DNA from: an uncultured bacterium
GTDB lineage: Bacteria; Hydrothermota; UBA3073; NMUJ01
NCBI GenBank assembly: GCA_965612795.1
Contig: CBFDTI010000019.1
Span: 1 to 20,157 of the forward strand
Length of the DNA: 20,157 nt
Reading direction: 5' to 3'
The stretch's first letter is position 1. The number at the start of each line of letters is the position of its first letter. Below the pieces are notes generated by a model, which did not search any database, was not told the DNA's origin, and was given only the letters and a program-made list of their open reading frames with translations. The translations under genes and the position numbers were made by a program. This document shows positions 16,253 through 20,157 of this stretch, piece after piece.

Positions 16253-18762
16253 AGTTCCTCCACCAATTCTGTAAATCTACTTAAGATTTCGTCTACTTTA
16301 TTGGCGGACTTGCCGCCAGCTTCACCAAGGTGGCTCTTACCACCACCGCCACCGTCTGCAAGTTTGCCAATAATTTTTGCAAGCTCACCCGCTTTTATTT
16401 TCGAGGTCAAATCGTCACTTACAAAAGTTAAGAAAAACGGCCGCTTGTCAATAATCGATACTATCACCCCCACGGTACGTTTGGTTTCACGTAGTATATC
16501 GACAAGCAACCGCATAGCATCACGATCGTCGATATCCACCTTCTGACGTATAATGTTGAGGTCATGCCATCTCTCCACAGCTATACTCTGGGCAACACTG
16601 CGTAGGCTATCCTTGCGTAGCTTATCAACCAGGCGTTCGAGCTCACGTTTGGCGGATTCGAGTTTAGCCACCCGTGTTGTGATATTCTCTGGTTTGGATT
16701 TCAACATATTTGTAAGTTCACGCACTATCTTCCAGTAACCATATACAGTACGCCACGCGTTCATACCAGCAACCGCCTCTATCCTACGTATGCCTGCATG
16801 TATGGAGCTTTCGTTCAAAATCTTAAATACACCAATCTCACCTGTTGCATTCAGGTGTGTACCACCACACAACTCGCGTGAAATATCACCTATCTTCACC
16901 ACACGTACGGGATCTTTGTACTCCTCACCCACTATATATATGGCACCATCATCAACTGCTTGCTTGAAGGTTGTGTGGTACACCTCAACCGGCAAGTTAC
17001 TCTGTATCCACTCATTCACAAGGGTTTCAACCTTTTCTATTTCCTTGTCTGTTAACCCCTTATAATGTGTAAAGTCAAACCTCAAATGCGTAGGCGCAAC
17101 CAACGACCCCTCCTGACGAACGTGGTCACCTAAAACACGTTTTAAAGCTGCCTGCAACAGATGCGTAGCTGTATGGTGTTGTGCTATCGCCTTACGTAGT
17201 GCGGTATCTATCTCCGCCAACACTGGTCTGGTGGTAGGTAACCCACCCCGTATGATTTTACAACGATGGACGATGAGATCACCTTCGTACTGTGTGTCAT
17301 AAACCTCAAGCTCTACATCTTCATTGTATATCCTACCTTTATCACCCACCTGACCACCACTCTCTGCATAAAACGGTGTCTTATCGAGTACGACGTCAAC
17401 CTTGTTATCATCCAGTTGCCGATACTTTATAATACGGGCTTCTATGCGATTAAAATTGTAGCCAACGAACTCACTACCAGTTTCCTGTAGTGATACCCAG
17501 CTACCGGTTGCAAGGAATTTAGCCTTACTGCGTGCTTGTTGTTTCTGTTCTTCAAGGTATTGCTCAAAGCCAGCCATATCGACAGCTACACCATGGGTTG
17601 ATGCCAGTTCACGTGTCATCTCTGGCGGCAACCCATAGGTATCGTAGAGTTTAAACACCTTATCCCCCGGTATTACAGGTTTCTCTGAGCTTAACGTATC
17701 ACACAGTATTTCCTCGAACACTTTTTTGCCACGCTCCAGGGTTGCAAGAAACCGCTCCTCCTCAGACTTTATGATCAGGCCAACCTGTTCACGCTTTGTG
17801 GTTATCTCAGGATATGCTTCTTTCAAACTATTTATAACCGCACCTATCAATCTATACAGGAATGGCTCTTTAACCCCCAAATTATAACCTGCCCATACCG
17901 CACGTCGTATTAGGCGACGCACTACATAGCCCCTACCTTCGTTGCTCGGGAATACACCTTCTGTTACGGCGAACACCAACGCACGAATATGATCCGCTAT
18001 TATTCTGAAAGATTTCACATCATCCTCATATCCTCTACCTACGGTCTCCTCTATGGCCTGTATTATCCCAGTAAATAGTGAGGTTTCGAAAGTTGCCTCC
18101 TTATTTTCCAATATCATCACTACACGCTCAAACCCCAACCCCGTGTCTATACCCTTCTGGTCAAGTGGTACACGGGTGCCATCTTCATGTTGAAAATACT
18201 GGTTGAAAACTATATTCCAGATCTCAACTTCCTCGTCACCCTTTAGCCAAAGTATTTCACTGGATGGTCCACAAGGACCCGACTTACCTGCAGGCCCCCA
18301 GAAGTTTTCATCCTCTCCACGCCTTGATATCCTGCTATCAGGTACCCCTATCATACGCCATATGCGGTAGGCTTCATCGTCATCCTTGAATACCGACACA
18401 TAAAGATTATCAGGCGATAGCTCCAACACCTTCGTCACATACTCCCATGCCCAGGCGAGCGCTTCCTGTTTGAAATAATCACCGAACGAGAAGTTACCTG
18501 GCATCTCGAAGAACGTATGATGTATGGGCGAATCACCCACACGTTCAAGATCCGATACACGTAAACATTTCTGTATACTGACAGCACGCTTATAGGGGGG
18601 TGTGACCCTACCCTCAAAATATGGCTTAAACTGCACCATACCCGCACTCGTAAAAAGTAGTGTGGGATCTTTCTTCGGTACAAGAGGTGCGGAGGGTACA
18701 ACTACATGACCACGGTCACGGAAAAATTGTATAAAGGATGTACGTACCTCGTTAGGTTGCAT
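16225..18762 (-). CDS. alaS: Alanine--tRNA ligase (start MQPNEVR at 18762)
   Basis: DPTLLFTSAGMVQFKP, HHTFFEM, GPCGP, IDTGLG, ADHIR, LYDTYG, TPFYAESGGQ, HTATHLL, ELCGGTH, GGGGG. Confidence 0.98.
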   Translation of the reverse strand: MQPNEVRTSFIQFFRDRGHVVVPSAPLVPKKDPTLLFTSAGMVQFKPYFEGRVTPPYKRAVSIQKCLRVSDLERVGDSPIHHTFFEMPGNFSFGDYFKQEALAWAWEYVTKVLELSPDNLYVSVFKDDDEAYRIWRMIGVPDSRISRRGEDENFWGPAGKSGPCGPSSEILWLKGDEEVEIWNIVFNQYFQHEDGTRVPLDQKGIDTGLGFERVVMILENKEATFETSLFTGIIQAIEETVGRGYEDDVKSFRIIADHIRALVFAVTEGVFPSNEGRGYVVRRLIRRAVWAGYNLGVKEPFLYRLIGAVINSLKEAYPEITTKREQVGLIIKSEEERFLATLERGKKVFEEILCDTLSSEKPVIPGDKVFKLYDTYGLPPEMTRELASTHGVAVDMAGFEQYLEEQKQQARSKAKFLATGSWVSLQETGSEFVGYNFNRIEARIIKYRQLDDNKVDVVLDKTPFYAESGGQVGDKGRIYNEDVELEVYDTQYEGDLIVHRCKIIRGGLPTTRPVLAEIDTALRKAIAQHHTATHLLQAALKRVLGDHVRQEGSLVAPTHLRFDFTHYKGLTDKEIEKVETLVNEWIQSNLPVEVYHTTFKQAVDDGAIYIVGEEYKDPVRVVKIGDISRELCGGTHLNATGEIGVFKILNESSIHAGIRRIEAVAGMNAWRTVYGYWKIVRELTNMLKSKPENITTRVAKLESAKRELERLVDKLRKDSLRSVAQSIAVERWHDLNIIRQKVDIDDRDAMRLLVDILRETKRTVGVIVSIIDKRPFFLTFVSDDLTSKIKAGELAKIIGKLADGGGGGKSHLGEAGGKSANKVDEILSRFTELVEELWNQKPNYS

Positions 18763-18767
18763 CTTAT

Positions 18768-18795
18768 AAATTGGGTGCTTTTCGATAAATGTCAA
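18768..18795 (-). promoter_or_regulatory. Putative alaS promoter TTGACA-N16-CAATTT; ATG follows 5 nt later (leaderless)
   Basis: Reverse strand ttgaca tttatcgaaaagcacc caattt ataag ATG. Confidence 0.5.
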
Positions 18796-18955
18796 GGATT
18801 ACGAATTTGATAAACGTGCCAGTTGTTACACAACCTGGCACAAAATTTGTGCAAAAAGTTGCCATCCCGAGGATAAAATGTATCAAATTTATCGCATTTA
18901 AGTTCAAAATTTTCTGAAATAAATTGCCTTTCGACAGAAGTTAAGTTGACGAAGG

Positions 18956-18983
18956 TTGACAGAAATTCGACCCTTATTATCTT
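18956..18983 (+). promoter_or_regulatory. Putative promoter TTGACA-N16-TATCTT for the nuoEF-like operon
   Basis: TTGACA 18956-18961, TATCTT 18978-18983. Confidence 0.5.
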
Positions 18984-19115
18984 CAATAGCACAGGTCTTA
19001 TGGGAAAATATACCTCATTTGAGGTCACTCGAAAGCGATTGAGCAGGGGGCAGGTTGGAAACAATACGATATTACATAAACTTTATAAAGTTGGGTCAAT
19101 CGATGGAGGTGCATT

Positions 19116-19583
19116 ATGCAAATTGATACAGAGGGGATCGATTCTCTGATTAACAAATACAGGGCAAGAAAGGAAGCCCTGATACCTTTGCTACTGGATA
19201 TTCAATCTCATCTCAACTGGCTACCAGAAGAGGTAATCAGAGAGGTTGCACAAAGATTACAGATCCCGCTTATAGATGTCTACGGTGTTGCGACTTTCTA
19301 TAAAGCTTTTAGCCTAAAGCCCAGGGGAAAGCACCTGATAACAGTTTGCCTTGGAACCGCCTGCCATGTAAGAGGTGGTCAAAGAATTGTAGAGGCTATC
19401 TCAAGGGAACTAGGGATAAATCCTGGGGAAACGACCAAAGACCTGAAATTTTCCTTAGAGACGGTTAATTGCCTTGGATGCTGTGCTATAGGGCCGATTG
19501 TTGTGATAGATGGTGAATATTACGGAGGGATGACTCCTCAAAAGGCTCTTTCATTAATAAAAAGAATAGGAAAGGAGAGGTAA
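19116..19583 (+). CDS. nuoE: NuoE/HydC-like [2Fe-2S] subunit of an NAD(P)H-dependent oxidoreductase
   Basis: [35 protein letters not shown] at 19105-19110. Confidence 0.92.
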   Translation: MQIDTEGIDSLINKYRARKEALIPLLLDIQSHLNWLPEEVIREVAQRLQIPLIDVYGVATFYKAFSLKPRGKHLITVCLGTACHVRGGQRIVEAISRELGINPGETTKDLKFSLETVNCLGCCAIGPIVVIDGEYYGGMTPQKALSLIKRIGKER

Positions 19584-20157
19584 TGAAGAGAATAGAAAAC
19601 CCAAACGAGCTTATAGCCCTAAGCTCAGCGCTGAGAGCCAAATCTAAGGAGAGATTTATCTCCATATCATCGGGCACCTGTGGTCAGGCGAGGGGTTCAA
19701 CAAAGGTTGTAGAAGCCTTCAAGGAAGAGTCAAAGGGAAAGATCGATATTAAGGTCACGGGATGCCACGGTTTCTGTGAGGCTGAACCTAATGTGATCAT
19801 CTTCCCTGAAGGGATCTTCTATCAGCATCTTAAGCCCGAGGATGCAAAAGAGATCATCGAAAAGACCGTGCTAAAAGGTGAGATAATCGATAGATTGCTC
19901 TACAAAGATGACGTAACCGGTGAGCGTTTTGTCTATCAGAAAGATATTCCTTTTTATAAGAAACAGATGCGACTACTTTTGGGTGATAACCCATTCATAG
20001 ATCCAACAAACATAGAGGATTACATTGCAAGAGGTGGCTACCTATCGCTTGCAAAAGCATTGAAGATGTCACCTGAAGATATAATCGAGATGATAAAAGC
20101 TTCTGGGCTACGTGGAAGGGGAGGCGCCGGTTTCCCTACAGGAAGGAAATGGGAGTT
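19583..20157 (+). CDS. nuoF: NuoF/HydB-like flavin subunit with an N-terminal thioredoxin-like ferredoxin domain; runs off the right edge and is absent from the ORF track
   Basis: ATG 19583 (TAATG coupling, SD AGGAG): MKRIENP...[11 protein letters not shown]...[11 protein letters not shown]...PFYKKQMR...[18 protein letters not shown]. Confidence 0.92.
   Translation, partial: MKRIENPNELIALSSALRAKSKERFISISSGTCGQARGSTKVVEAFKEESKGKIDIKVTGCHGFCEAEPNVIIFPEGIFYQHLKPEDAKEIIEKTVLKGEIIDRLLYKDDVTGERFVYQKDIPFYKKQMRLLLGDNPFIDPTNIEDYIARGGYLSLAKALKMSPEDIIEMIKASGLRGRGGAGFPTGRKWE

Noticed and set aside
18846..18865. Rex operator, or a minus-strand sigma54 promoter
   Set aside because: Only the TTGTG half of the Rex site matches, and the minus-strand GG-to-GC spacing is 9 rather than 10.
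18792..19149. Short ORFs in the alaS-nuoE intergenic region
   Set aside because: No recognisable motifs; they overlap the promoter and palindrome elements.
1..20157. CRISPR array, IS/transposase, integron attC array, rRNA
   Set aside because: No regularly spaced repeats or diagnostic ORFs were seen by eye.

Overview
Bacterial housekeeping/accessory mosaic. The gene content (C25-type peptidase with a T9SS-like tail, DUF3467, DUF4416, TIGR03492-like glycosyltransferase) suggests an uncultured FCB-adjacent lineage such as WOR-3; this is inference only. Left to right: two AT-rich tandem paralogous beta-propeller (TolB/PD40-like) genes, the first truncated by the window edge; a CBS/cysteine-synthase enzyme; a secreted C25 peptidase-propeller protein; DUF6504; an MFS transporter; flavin reductase plus cyclophilin-like protein; an FmdB zinc ribbon; two small membrane proteins; a minus-strand DUF3467-accB-peptidase T-like-membrane protein operon; tRNA-Val(CAC) / C4 zinc-ribbon gene / antisense tRNA-Ile2(CAT); accA; an LpxB-like glycosyltransferase; a minus-strand alaS-DUF4416-lipoate ligase-radical SAM/HhH operon; and the start of a compositionally distinct NuoE/NuoF (HydC/HydB-type) module. 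I found no CRISPR array, transposase, integrase or reverse transcriptase. The strongest unexplained signal is a recurring promoter architecture, TTGACA-N15/16-TAnnTT (8 candidates), with a short spacer and a Bacteroidetes-like -10, several of which would give leaderless mRNAs.
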